Shown piece by piece: positions 39,155 to 49,228 of a stretch of DNA of 64,000 nt. Under the pieces are notes generated by a model. That model searched no databases, was not told the DNA's origin, and was given only the letters and a program-made list of their open reading frames with translations. Positions within the stretch are counted from its first letter, which is position 1. Every line of letters starts with the position of its first letter. A program made the translations under genes and the position numbers. Source of the stretch: a virus (lineage: Duplodnaviria > Caudoviricetes); the IMG/VR virus record IMGVR_UViG_2565956686_000002, positions 24,656 through 88,655 of that record. One strand, given 5' to 3'.

Positions 39155-39568
39155 ATGAGTGAATTAAATGTTCAATATCTTCAATCATTAGAAGATCATA
39201 TCAATGCTGTGCAGACTTGCGAAGATCTTCAAAAGGCGGTAGATACCGTGATGAATGCTTTAGGTGATCAATTGCAAGCCTTGACCGATGAATTAGAAAT
39301 AGTTGGGGCGATTCAGGAATTATTAGAAATCCCGAACAACCTTGCAAAAGTTATTACGTGGATCCAAAAATATATTGAATTGGTTTTGTCACCAATGTAC
39401 CAGCCATATTTAAAATGTGCAGCGCAAATTGCTCAATTAATAGCTAAAATTCAGCAACTGCAAGCCACTATCATGGATAAGATGAATTCAATTACTAATT
39501 GTTCTGTGAATATTCCAGCGATTAATTTCCCTGAAATTATTCCCCCTGTAGTGCCGACCGTACCTTAA
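39155..39568 (+). CDS. Hypothetical helical protein
   Basis: AGGTG RBS. Confidence 0.6.
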   Translation: MSELNVQYLQSLEDHINAVQTCEDLQKAVDTVMNALGDQLQALTDELEIVGAIQELLEIPNNLAKVITWIQKYIELVLSPMYQPYLKCAAQIAQLIAKIQQLQATIMDKMNSITNCSVNIPAINFPEIIPPVVPTVP

Positions 39569-39577
39569 TTTTGTTAT

Positions 39578-39618
39578 TGGAACGACCAAACATTCAAGCC
39601 AATTAACTTAGCCAAAAT
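39578..39618 (+). promoter_or_regulatory. Putative late promoter (TGGAAC...CAAAAT)
   Basis: +39 spacing; hairpin AGCCAAAATT/AATTTTGGCT. Confidence 0.7.
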
Positions 39619-39647
39619 TACGTTAATTCTTAAATTTTGGCTTAATT

Positions 39648-41192
39648 ATGGCTGCTTCAGACATCCTTTCTTTGTTGTTGGGAACAAATGCGAATAGCAT
39701 CCCTCAGCAAGTGGTTGATGCTAACCAAGAAGTCATGGCGCAAATGTATGATTCCGTTGCGCCTTTTTCGCTTGGGACACATACAACACAGGAAAACAAG
39801 AAAAGAACACGTAAAGAAATTCTGACCAAGTGGGAGCAAATGCTAAAGTTCGCTCCCGTAGCAGAGGGCATTGGTATTCATGTCATGGCTGCACTTGGAG
39901 GTGATACACATACGGGCCAACAAATATTTATTACGCCTACAGAGCGATTGCGTGGGGAAATAGGCAAAACTGAAAAAGCGCAATTAGAAAAACTACAAAA
40001 GCGTATCAAACCAATAGAAACTATCATAAATAAATACATCACGAAGCTATGTTCTGAAGGTATTTCCTTTGGGGATGCATATGCCCGTGTATATGGTAAA
40101 AAGGGAGTAGGCGTTACTGACTTACTTAGTAATGAATATACTTATGCGCCACAAATACAGGCATTTGAGCAAGGTAGTAAGACAGTCGCTTACTTTGCAC
40201 TGAATCCAAAAAACTGGTCCAAAGTCATGACTAAGTTGAATCACACACAGATGGTTCGGATGAAGTTGCCACGGATTCAAAATGTACCGCAATTTGATCC
40301 AGTTGAAGCTAGTTTAATTTCTCAAATGCTTGAAGGTGATAATCCAGAAGAATTGCCGATCTTACCTGCACAGGTCGGTGGCTCATTTCTCTATTCAATT
40401 GAGAAAACCTATGATGATGTCATCCTTGCCTTAACCACGATGAACAGTCAGCAAGTTGCTGATGCAGTCAATCAAATGTTTTTGACGCTGAACATGGCTG
40501 GTATGCCTCCAGCACAACGTGATGCTTATATCCGTGGTCTTGAGGGAATGCTAAAAGATCATGAGAAGTTCGTGAAAAATGCAATGGAAGGCGGTGAGGG
40601 CATTTGGAATACCAAATATCACGTTTTACCGACATGGGATGAAAAGCAGATTCTTAATCCTGTGGGGGATATTAAAGGCCAACGTAATTCTCCAGTAAAT
40701 ATCGAAACCTTTATGATCAATGTCCGTCTACTTATGGGCGGTATTGGCCTTGATCCTTCAATGGTGGGCTGGGCTGATATGCTTTCTGGTGGAATTGGAG
40801 ATGGGGCATCCTTTCATACCTCAAGTCAAATCATGCGCCGTTCCATGTATATTCGCCAATCGGCTGTTCAATTCGCCAATGATATTATGCATATCGATTG
40901 GGGTTATTGTTATAACGAGCAATTTGAAGCAGGTGAATTAGATTATCCGTGGCAAATTGAGTTTTCTAGTACCCAGTCAGCAGCTGTGACAGAAGAAAAT
41001 ATCAATAAACAAACGCAGATGAATACATCCTTGCTTAAAATTCAAGTCATTAACTCACTCAAAGAATCCGATTTAAGTGAGGAAACGATGCAATATATTT
41101 TAGAAAAAGATGCTGGTTTTAACTATGACGATTCATGTCGAATAGCAGCTGATATTGCGAAATCTCGTCTCAATGGACAGGGTGAACAATAA
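39648..41192 (+). CDS. Portal protein (P1 Prt-like)
   Basis: FGDAYARVY, GGSFL, GLDPSMVGWADMLSGG.GDG motifs. Confidence 0.8.
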   Translation: MAASDILSLLLGTNANSIPQQVVDANQEVMAQMYDSVAPFSLGTHTTQENKKRTRKEILTKWEQMLKFAPVAEGIGIHVMAALGGDTHTGQQIFITPTERLRGEIGKTEKAQLEKLQKRIKPIETIINKYITKLCSEGISFGDAYARVYGKKGVGVTDLLSNEYTYAPQIQAFEQGSKTVAYFALNPKNWSKVMTKLNHTQMVRMKLPRIQNVPQFDPVEASLISQMLEGDNPEELPILPAQVGGSFLYSIEKTYDDVILALTTMNSQQVADAVNQMFLTLNMAGMPPAQRDAYIRGLEGMLKDHEKFVKNAMEGGEGIWNTKYHVLPTWDEKQILNPVGDIKGQRNSPVNIETFMINVRLLMGGIGLDPSMVGWADMLSGGIGDGASFHTSSQIMRRSMYIRQSAVQFANDIMHIDWGYCYNEQFEAGELDYPWQIEFSSTQSAAVTEENINKQTQMNTSLLKIQVINSLKESDLSEETMQYILEKDAGFNYDDSCRIAADIAKSRLNGQGEQ

Positions 41193-41905
41193 TGACTTTA
41201 CACTTAAATATTTCTAAAGGTCGAAATACAAGTGGTGTATGGACTGGAATGCCAATCGATGAGGCTTTAAGGCAATACCAGAAAATTTACAGTTGGGGGA
41301 CGTTATCTTCATTACATTATGGTGTATGGCTTGAACCATTCGATGAGGACGGGAAAATAGCAAAAGAGTCAATTGAACTGATTGACTCATATGATTTAAC
41401 GCATCAAGAGGCTGGAAATTTCAATGCATTTGAAAAAGGAGAAAAAGGATTTTTAGCTGGTACTAAAATCGAAAGTATTCCATTGATGGATAACACAAAA
41501 TTGCCTTGGCTTTGTCAGAGTTTGGATTTATCTGTTTTAGATGCTCAAACAGATAGCGTACAAATTGGTGCATTTCAACTCAATCACATCACTGGAAATA
41601 GTTCGGGTGAAATATCAATTCCATTCATTGAAACACGTAATGCATCAATTCTGAATAGCGCTTTGGCAATAAAAGCGATCATGTTTCCTGATGGTGAGGA
41701 TGGGGGGACGCAAGCTTTACCAAATGATTATTTGATGCGTATGACAATTTACATTTACGATAAACATAGTATTTCTACACGAGTGTTTGAGGTCCAGCAT
41801 TTAGTCGCCTTACAAACAGGAAGTATTCCACTTGATGCCACGAATCGAAATGGAGTCGGTATCGTCACGCTGAATTTTATAAAGATGTTCCCAATGTTGA
41901 AATGA
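41192..41905 (+). CDS. Tail tube initiator/baseplate protein
   Basis: ISIPFIET, DGGTQALPNDY tube-like motifs. Confidence 0.5.
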   Translation: MTLHLNISKGRNTSGVWTGMPIDEALRQYQKIYSWGTLSSLHYGVWLEPFDEDGKIAKESIELIDSYDLTHQEAGNFNAFEKGEKGFLAGTKIESIPLMDNTKLPWLCQSLDLSVLDAQTDSVQIGAFQLNHITGNSSGEISIPFIETRNASILNSALAIKAIMFPDGEDGGTQALPNDYLMRMTIYIYDKHSISTRVFEVQHLVALQTGSIPLDATNRNGVGIVTLNFIKMFPMLK

Positions 41906-41906
41906 T

Positions 41907-41947
41907 TGGAACAGCTCAAGAAGAATCATTTATTTAAGTGCAAAAAT
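41907..41947 (+). promoter_or_regulatory. Putative late promoter (TGGAAC...AAAAAT)
   Basis: +39 spacing; hairpin TGTCTCAAT/ATTGAGGCA covers GAGG RBS. Confidence 0.72.
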
Positions 41948-41982
41948 TGTCTCAATCAGAAAAATATTGAGGCATTTTTTCA

Positions 41983-43884
41983 ATGCGAAATATCGACATA
42001 TTTACTTTATTACATGAACCACACACTAGCCGTTTAGTACAGGGTTTTGATTCTGTGAATAGTGGTGCTTGTTCAATTGGAGTAGTCAAAGGGCAATGCC
42101 GTCAACTTAATGCGATTTTGACAGAATCGGCAACGGAAGAAGATCAGTGGCGTATTGTAAATTTGAAGGGTTCAATCAATAGCATTGCAGCCTTTGATTC
42201 AGTTGCCGTTTTGGGTGCTGTTGATAATGATCATGCCAGTGCATTAGCACAAATGCAGTTTGGGCGTATGTTTGATGCCATTGAAGATGATGTAATTGAA
42301 ACTAATACCAACGGTCTATTGCGACATTTAGCAACACCGCAATTTCATAAGCATAAGCAACTTATTCATCGAGATCATTTAGTCGCATTGCAAGATATTC
42401 CATGTGCTGTATTACCAGGATGGGACGGTATCGAACTAACAACACATGAAGGAAAAACAGCAAATCTACTATTAGACATGCAACTTCATGATGACAATAC
42501 CGAACTATTATCGAGTTTTGATGGGTTAGCCAATTTGCTTGAATCAATTGGAGTAGAACATCCTGATTTTGATTCAATCATTGTTGAGTATCAATATCTC
42601 GATAAGTTAATTGATATGCTGCATACAGCTATGCAGACAGCGTCTAAAGGCGGTGTAAAGGTTCTAAATGTAGATCGTAGTGAAAAGCCATTTCGACACA
42701 AAAAAGTGCTGAATGTCGCCGTTTCTTATGATTTTGAAGATGGGCAATCCATTACGATTCTATTCCATAATCCTGATCGTGACGCAAAACGGATTTCGCC
42801 ACAAGACACTTTATTGTCGTGGAAGATTCTTATGAATAAGCGTGATGTAACAGGCGTGATTCAGCCCAACCAAGGTGAAGGTATTGCATTACCTGTACTT
42901 GCTGGACGTGTTGTTAAATTGATTAATCAGAACAGTGCACGGTTTAAACGTACTCAAGCTAAGAAAGCTGAAAGTGCGCAAACTTTAGCTGATACTGAAC
43001 AACGTATTGCAGACAAGCAAAATCAAAAGACCGCTTTATCTTCAGAAATTCAGGGGCTGCTTGATCAAATTGATGGTTTAAATAAGCAAAATAATGGTCA
43101 AGCACCAAATGCTGATACTGATGCAGTGGTAAATACTGAACAATCTGCAAATACAAAAGCTGTGACAAAAGCAGAAGCTCGTCAAATTTATGATGCTTTA
43201 GATATTCGACATCGTTGGTTGACGGGTGGTACCACGGAAGAATTCTATAACCAGAATTATCCAACTGGAATTAGCGAAGCGCTTACAGATGCAAAAAATC
43301 TACTTGAACGTCCATTTGGAAAAGTTGCATTGGCAAATGGATTAAAAGATTCAATTGAACGAATGATTGCAACTGTAGAAAAGACAATTGAGCGCTGGAA
43401 TAAAGGCTTAAGTGAGGATTCATCAAAAGCCAAAACCTATCCGCCCATTGAGAATTTAGGCAATGGTTATTACAAAGCATTCAAAAACGATAAAAAGCTT
43501 GATGATTGGACAGCCCATATCAATACAAATGGTGAATGGGAAGTTTCAGCAAACAATGCCTCATCTCGAGCATGGAACAATGGCTATGGGGCACCACGTT
43601 TCTTTAAAACAATTGAAGAAATGATTGCCAAATACCCAGCATTTGCTGCTTTACCTGCAATGTTACCCACAGATGATAATGCAAACGCTAATAGCAATAA
43701 TGATGATGCAGACTATCTGAATAAAGTCATTAAGGGTGAGGTTGATTTTTCTAAAGCTAGTGAAGTTGAAAGTCAACTAGAATCAATTGGCAGTCGCTTA
43801 ACACCTGAAACCAATGATCTATTTGAACAGGCTGTTTCAGCTTATTCAATGTATCAAGTCAATCAAGCTGCTTCAGTCAATTAA
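41983..43884 (+). CDS. darA: DarA-like internal head anti-restriction protein
   Basis: DGQSITILFHNPD...LMNKRDVT...NSARF (DarA_N), coiled coil, C-terminal DYLNKVIKGEVD (DarA_C). Confidence 0.8.
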   Translation: MRNIDIFTLLHEPHTSRLVQGFDSVNSGACSIGVVKGQCRQLNAILTESATEEDQWRIVNLKGSINSIAAFDSVAVLGAVDNDHASALAQMQFGRMFDAIEDDVIETNTNGLLRHLATPQFHKHKQLIHRDHLVALQDIPCAVLPGWDGIELTTHEGKTANLLLDMQLHDDNTELLSSFDGLANLLESIGVEHPDFDSIIVEYQYLDKLIDMLHTAMQTASKGGVKVLNVDRSEKPFRHKKVLNVAVSYDFEDGQSITILFHNPDRDAKRISPQDTLLSWKILMNKRDVTGVIQPNQGEGIALPVLAGRVVKLINQNSARFKRTQAKKAESAQTLADTEQRIADKQNQKTALSSEIQGLLDQIDGLNKQNNGQAPNADTDAVVNTEQSANTKAVTKAEARQIYDALDIRHRWLTGGTTEEFYNQNYPTGISEALTDAKNLLERPFGKVALANGLKDSIERMIATVEKTIERWNKGLSEDSSKAKTYPPIENLGNGYYKAFKNDKKLDDWTAHINTNGEWEVSANNASSRAWNNGYGAPRFFKTIEEMIAKYPAFAALPAMLPTDDNANANSNNDDADYLNKVIKGEVDFSKASEVESQLESIGSRLTPETNDLFEQAVSAYSMYQVNQAASVN

Positions 43885-43897
43885 GGAATAGCAATAC

Positions 43898-44206
43898 ATG
43901 AATGCCTTAGAAAAATTAAAGCTCACGAAAGAACTACGTGCTTTACTTGAACAGATCCCGAATCTTAAGGGGATGGAAAAACTTCAAAGTACAAAACGAT
44001 TGAGAGAATTGATTGAGTTACTTGGCGGACAGGCGAATCAATCAGTCAATAAATTATTTCAGTCTATTATTGATGGTGACGTTAAAGTATCAATTGAATT
44101 ACTTAAGCAAGTTCGTAGTGAAGCTGAAAAGAATTTGAATGATCCGTTATTGATTGAAGCCGTTAATGTCCTTATTACTCAAGTAAATGAGTTGGTTGGA
44201 ACATAG
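43898..44206 (+). CDS. ddrA: DdrA-like protein
   Basis: Follows darA; ALEKLKL...GMEKL..T.RL.EL...LG pattern. Confidence 0.6.
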   Translation: MNALEKLKLTKELRALLEQIPNLKGMEKLQSTKRLRELIELLGGQANQSVNKLFQSIIDGDVKVSIELLKQVRSEAEKNLNDPLLIEAVNVLITQVNELVGT

Positions 44207-44237
44207 CAAGCGAAACCCATTCTGAAGCTCTCAAAAT
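44197..44237 (+). promoter_or_regulatory. Putative late promoter (TGGAAC...CAAAAT)
   Basis: +39 spacing; hairpin AAAATAGTCC/GGGCTATTTT. Confidence 0.68.
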
Positions 44238-44269
44238 AGTCCTAAATGGGCTATTTTTTTGTGCGTGAA

Positions 44270-47200
44270 ATGAGCAAAGTTAAAAATGTTACTAATGGAT
44301 CAGAAGCGATAAATGCTATAGATATACTTGCTGATTCCCTACAAAAATACCGTCAAGATAATTTCGACTTTCTATCTGGGGAACCAATAGCTGAGATTAA
44401 ATCTGGGCTAATCCTGCCAGATGCAGAAGGCAAAATTATTAAAAATGCTATGCAGTGGTTAAGAGACTGGTTTGTTGAGAACAATCACGGGCAAGAATTT
44501 CTAAATGAGCAATTAGGAACTGTGATTATTGCACCCAGTGGCATTAAATCTGCAATGAGTCATAAGCCAAAGCAAATTGATATTCAAGGTTTACCAGCTT
44601 TACCCCTGATCATTGATAAGGCCAGAGTCTTAAGCCGATCTATGGATGATGATGGTAAGCCACTTGAAAATATTATCGTTGCAGCACCAATTAAAATTGA
44701 TAATCAAAAGTGCTATATGGTCGTGCGTTTGAGAAGACACACTGAAGATAAAAATGATAAACCAAGATTTTATACTCAGGCAATCATGATTGCTGAAGAC
44801 AAAAAAAAGGGGAACATCCCTTCAGACCAAGTGGCTGGGCAAAATAATTTGCTTACCCAAAATGGAGGACGCTCCCGTCTTATTAATGTATTGCAAGATG
44901 CGTTGCATGTCAATCCAGTAGTTGAGCCAATAAAAATAAAAGTTTATGGCTGGAAGGCTGTAGATATGGCTAAAAATTTGTCCTACGAACAATTAGAGAT
45001 ACTCACTCTGAAAACTCAAAAGGAACATTTAATTCCAGAAAATCAGAGGGTAGATATTAATATTTACGATAAAAAAGGGCGTAAAAAATTAGATGTTTTA
45101 AGTTGGGCTGTACATTACAAACTAAAAGAGCCGAAGACTAGCCAGAGTGAAAGTGATAAGCCGTTAGATCATGAAGATATATTGCGGATTAGAGAAAAAT
45201 TTCAAAAAGATTATGAGCAAGGCGCATTTGATAGTGTAGATGGATTCGATTCAATCGAATTAGATAATCAGGATCTACTAGGTACAATAGACAAGTTGAT
45301 CGAAGCGGTTGAAAACTATCATTTAGAAAATTCAAAATTCTTAACTAATAAGCCTACCAGCTCAAATCCGTCTGAGCAAATTAAAAACAAAATGGCCACG
45401 ACCCTTATGACCAGTCCGATCTTTGATAAATCAAAGGGTAGGATTGAAACTGGAGGTCGTGACCATCTATTAAATATACCTTATGATCCTTTGACTATCA
45501 ATCATGCGTTCCGTGGTCGATCTAACAACGTCAAAACAGCCAAGGGTACTAAGGTATCAACTGTATTTGCAGTGTTAGAAGCTGATCAAGTGATTGCTTC
45601 ACATACGGCTACAGGCGCTGAAAACCCTAGTTATCCTCAAGAACTACAACCACGAGATCGTAGTCGAGAATCTTCTCAAGCGTGGGTACAAAAAACTTCA
45701 AATACGCTTGATCCTGAAAGTCTTGGCCGATCAGGTCGTGCAGATACTGGTGCGCCTATCATTGGTGATGATCTGGTGGTTGAGTCTGGTAATGGACGTA
45801 CTATGGCAATTCAGCTTGCATATGAGCGCGGAAATGCTGATGAATACAAAGAATGGTTGATTGATGAAGCAGAATATTTTGGCTTTAGTGCGGATCAAAT
45901 CAACCAATTTAAACAGCCCATCCTTGTGCGTATTCGTACCTCTGAAATTGATCGTATTCAATTTACAGTAGAAGCCAATCAAGATGATAAGTTGTCCTTT
46001 AGTGCGACTGAACGAGCAAAAACAGATGCAAGACGATTAGATGAGAACCTATTGTCATTGTTTACACCTGGTGAAGATGGCGACCTAATCACTGCAAGTA
46101 ATCAGAAGTTTATCCAAGGATTTTTAAGGTCTTTAGGTGAAACGGAAGCAGCTCAATATATCGGGACAGATGGAAAGCCAACACAAGCATTAGTCACACG
46201 TATGAAAGCTGCAATATTCAGCAAAGCTTATAATGATGACCGACTTCTTGAAATGATGGCAGACCAAACGAAGCCAGATTTGCAAAATATGCTAAATGCA
46301 TTAGGTGTAGCAGCTCCAAAATTTATTGAAGCGCAAGCCGTCAGCCGTGGTGACGTGCAGGATGTATCAAGTTCTATTGTTGATGGTATTGAGCAAGCAC
46401 TTGATAAGCGAGTGACAAATGCAATTATTGATGCAGCGAATACGATCTTGGCAGCAAAGCAAAATGATCAAGATATTGTTGAATTTGTAAAACAACAGGG
46501 TTTATTTGGTGATCTTGGCGAAGGCGTGCCAGAGCTTGCAGTATTCTTATCTAAGAATAGTCGCAGCGCCAAAAAGATGAGTTTGCTATTCAAAGCAATG
46601 GCAGAGTTTGCAGAAAAAGAAGCGATTGATGGGCAAAACATGGGGCTTTTTGGTGAACCTGAACCTGTCAGCATCAAAGATGCAATCAATTACGCCGTGA
46701 AAGTGATTGAGGATAATTATGGTGATAATGCCAATCTGAGCATGTTTGATTCTATTGATTCACTTACGTCAATAGATGAAAAAGCACATGCTGCAGCTAC
46801 ATCACCTCATAATGATTTAGACTTTCCAACAGCAGAACAAAAGCAATCTGGTGAATATCAAAAAGGGCATTTATCGATTGGTGATTTAAAAATTGCTATT
46901 GAGAATCCAGCAGGTTCAATCCGTTCAGGAACTGACCCTAACGGGAATGAATGGCAAATCACGATGAAGCATCACTATGGTTTTATTGAAAATACTACTG
47001 GTGCCGATGGTGATGAAATTGATGTTTTTGTGAAAAATCATTTGGCCGTTGAACCTAAATGCGCCTATATCATCAAACAGTTAGATATTAACGGACAGTT
47101 CGATGAGCAAAAAGTCATTATTGGTGCTGAATCAGAAGAAGAAGCGAAGGAAATTTATTTATCAAATTATGAAAAGGGTTGGCAGGGCTTAGGAGGCATC

Positions 47201-47638
47201 AAGAAAATATCTATGGCTGATTTGTTGAAGAAGATTCAACATACTTGGTCAGAATTCGATTCTTGGGCTAGAGATGGAAGCTATGATCACATCCCTATAG
47301 ATCAAGTAATCATTGAAAATGCACCTAAGATAGTTGAAAGTAAAATTGACAAAGAGGACCCGATTGTAGTGCTTGAAACACACGGGAAATATCATCTTGT
47401 CATTGGTTTAGATCGAATTATGTTGGCTAAGCAAAGGCATGAAAGATTTATTCCAGCAATCATTTTTGATAGTAAGGATATATCTAAATCAATTATTCAA
47501 AGCGCTATTAAGCAAGCTGGTTCGAAAGTTGACCCTGTTGCTTTAGCTGCACTTATTTTAGATGAATTAGAGAAAAGCCTAGTCAATAGTTTTGATGATA
47601 TATCGAACCCCATTTTAGATATTCTTTATGTAACATAA
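44270..47638 (+). CDS. ddrB: DdrB-like polyvalent protein (LPD-like, ddrB-ParB, inorganic-pyrophosphatase-like, ParB-like domains)
   Basis: YPQELQPRDRSR...GAPII...VESGNGRT; IAIENPAGSIRSG.D..G..W...HYG...GADGDEIDVF. Confidence 0.8.
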   Translation: MSKVKNVTNGSEAINAIDILADSLQKYRQDNFDFLSGEPIAEIKSGLILPDAEGKIIKNAMQWLRDWFVENNHGQEFLNEQLGTVIIAPSGIKSAMSHKPKQIDIQGLPALPLIIDKARVLSRSMDDDGKPLENIIVAAPIKIDNQKCYMVVRLRRHTEDKNDKPRFYTQAIMIAEDKKKGNIPSDQVAGQNNLLTQNGGRSRLINVLQDALHVNPVVEPIKIKVYGWKAVDMAKNLSYEQLEILTLKTQKEHLIPENQRVDINIYDKKGRKKLDVLSWAVHYKLKEPKTSQSESDKPLDHEDILRIREKFQKDYEQGAFDSVDGFDSIELDNQDLLGTIDKLIEAVENYHLENSKFLTNKPTSSNPSEQIKNKMATTLMTSPIFDKSKGRIETGGRDHLLNIPYDPLTINHAFRGRSNNVKTAKGTKVSTVFAVLEADQVIASHTATGAENPSYPQELQPRDRSRESSQAWVQKTSNTLDPESLGRSGRADTGAPIIGDDLVVESGNGRTMAIQLAYERGNADEYKEWLIDEAEYFGFSADQINQFKQPILVRIRTSEIDRIQFTVEANQDDKLSFSATERAKTDARRLDENLLSLFTPGEDGDLITASNQKFIQGFLRSLGETEAAQYIGTDGKPTQALVTRMKAAIFSKAYNDDRLLEMMADQTKPDLQNMLNALGVAAPKFIEAQAVSRGDVQDVSSSIVDGIEQALDKRVTNAIIDAANTILAAKQNDQDIVEFVKQQGLFGDLGEGVPELAVFLSKNSRSAKKMSLLFKAMAEFAEKEAIDGQNMGLFGEPEPVSIKDAINYAVKVIEDNYGDNANLSMFDSIDSLTSIDEKAHAAATSPHNDLDFPTAEQKQSGEYQKGHLSIGDLKIAIENPAGSIRSGTDPNGNEWQITMKHHYGFIENTTGADGDEIDVFVKNHLAVEPKCAYIIKQLDINGQFDEQKVIIGAESEEEAKEIYLSNYEKGWQGLGGIKKISMADLLKKIQHTWSEFDSWARDGSYDHIPIDQVIIENAPKIVESKIDKEDPIVVLETHGKYHLVIGLDRIMLAKQRHERFIPAIIFDSKDISKSIIQSAIKQAGSKVDPVALAALILDELEKSLVNSFDDISNPILDILYVT

Positions 47639-47768
47639 GTTGATATATTTATTTCTTGAATAGACTGAAGCCTAAATTATAAAAAATTAATTTAGGCTTA
47701 TTAGAAACAATATTGATTATTTGATAGGTTTTATTTATTTTTAAATAACATAAAGAATTGAGTTAAAC

Positions 47769-49145
47769 ATGGAAAGTGAAGTAGATTTTTCAATATGTAT
47801 CAATTGTGTAAATGATGAAATTTTAGAAGAGATCATTAAAGAAAAAAATGAAATACATAATTGTTCAGAGTGTGAGAAAAGAAATATTGCTATTCGTTGT
47901 GAAGACTTAGCTAAATTACTAAAAGAAGTAATTGAAGAAAATTTTACTCTAGGTCCTTATAAACCTTATTTTAATAATGATAGCGATCGTCCTGATTTTG
48001 TCCAGAGTGGGTTGAGTCTTCAGGAAGTCATCGATGAGATTATGGGACGTGAAATTTCATTTGGAGAGGAATTGATAGATTTGATAATTGATTCTGAATA
48101 TTGGCACCCAGATGATTTTGATAACTGCTTTTTCTCTGAAGATGAAAATTATGTGGAAAATCGATATGACAATTTAAATCTTCAGGGGCAATGGTATCAA
48201 CTGATTAAAGAACTTAAAACACAACGAAGATTTTTTAGTGATAATGCTAGAAACTTATTTCATTTCCTTTTTAAAGATTTAAATAAATTATGTTGTTATA
48301 GGCCAGTTAAAAATACAAACAAACAGTATGGCTTTGGTCAAGAAAAAAGAAATGTGATAGAAGTACTCCCAGTCAACACGAAAATTTATAGAGCACGTAG
48401 AGCAAATTCACTTAGAGAAAGTGAGCATTATATATTGAATCCAATTCAAGAATTAGCTCCACCACCAATGGAATATGCCCAGCAAGGGCGAATGAATGCA
48501 AAAGGCATATCAAATTTCTATGGAGCATTTGATATAGACACTTGTATAGCTGAAATGCGTCCATCAATAGGAAGTTATATTGTAGTAGGCGAGTTTGAAA
48601 CTACAAGAGAACTGAAAATTCTAAATTTTGAATACTTGGAAAATTCATATGGACATATAAGTTATTTTGCCCCAGATTACCAAGATCAAGCTGCACATCG
48701 AAGATTTTTGAAAAAAATACATAAATTAATTAGTTCTCCAATAATAAATGGTCACGAGGATGAATATCTAATAACACAAGTACTAGCTGAATATTTAGCT
48801 TATATGCATCCAGAAAACTTTGATGGAATTTCCTTTAAGTCAACACAATCTGAAGTAGGTACTAACATAGTACTTTTTCCCAAAAAACCAATCGCAGTTG
48901 AAATTTATTCTTTTGATTCAGATATTGATTTTTTCGGAAAAGATGCTATTTCAATTGAAGATAAACTTGTTGAGACTAAAGATGAATTAAGTAAGTTTAA
49001 AATTAGATATGTGTCAGAAAGTGCAAGTTTGCATCAAATTCAAAAAGTCGCTTATACATCAATAAAAAAAGAATTTGATTTTATTCAACGCTCAGGAAAA
49101 TCAGGTATAGCCTTATTAGAAGAACTGATAGACGAAGGATATTAA
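47769..49145 (+). CDS. RES-domain protein with N-terminal Cys4 domain (moron)
   Basis: CINC/CSEC; IYRAR, GRMNAKGISNFY, IAEMRP, YLITQVLAEY, DGISFKS, GTNIVLF; AT-rich. Confidence 0.88.
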   Translation: MESEVDFSICINCVNDEILEEIIKEKNEIHNCSECEKRNIAIRCEDLAKLLKEVIEENFTLGPYKPYFNNDSDRPDFVQSGLSLQEVIDEIMGREISFGEELIDLIIDSEYWHPDDFDNCFFSEDENYVENRYDNLNLQGQWYQLIKELKTQRRFFSDNARNLFHFLFKDLNKLCCYRPVKNTNKQYGFGQEKRNVIEVLPVNTKIYRARRANSLRESEHYILNPIQELAPPPMEYAQQGRMNAKGISNFYGAFDIDTCIAEMRPSIGSYIVVGEFETTRELKILNFEYLENSYGHISYFAPDYQDQAAHRRFLKKIHKLISSPIINGHEDEYLITQVLAEYLAYMHPENFDGISFKSTQSEVGTNIVLFPKKPIAVEIYSFDSDIDFFGKDAISIEDKLVETKDELSKFKIRYVSESASLHQIQKVAYTSIKKEFDFIQRSGKSGIALLEELIDEGY

Positions 49146-49154
49146 TTATTTAAA

Positions 49155-49195
49155 TGGAACGTCATAAAAATCATACACTTTACAGCCTTTAACAT
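49155..49195 (+). promoter_or_regulatory. Putative late promoter (TGGAAC...TAACAT)
   Basis: +39 spacing; long hairpin 49181-49229 covers GAGG RBS. Confidence 0.7.
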
Positions 49196-49228
49196 GAGGA
49201 CGTTAAAAAATCCCATGTTGAGGGTTGT

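Noticed and set aside
44803-44809. In-frame A-AAA-AAG slippery site at a DdrB domain boundary
   Set aside because: No well-placed stimulatory stem, and A-runs are common in this AT-rich DNA
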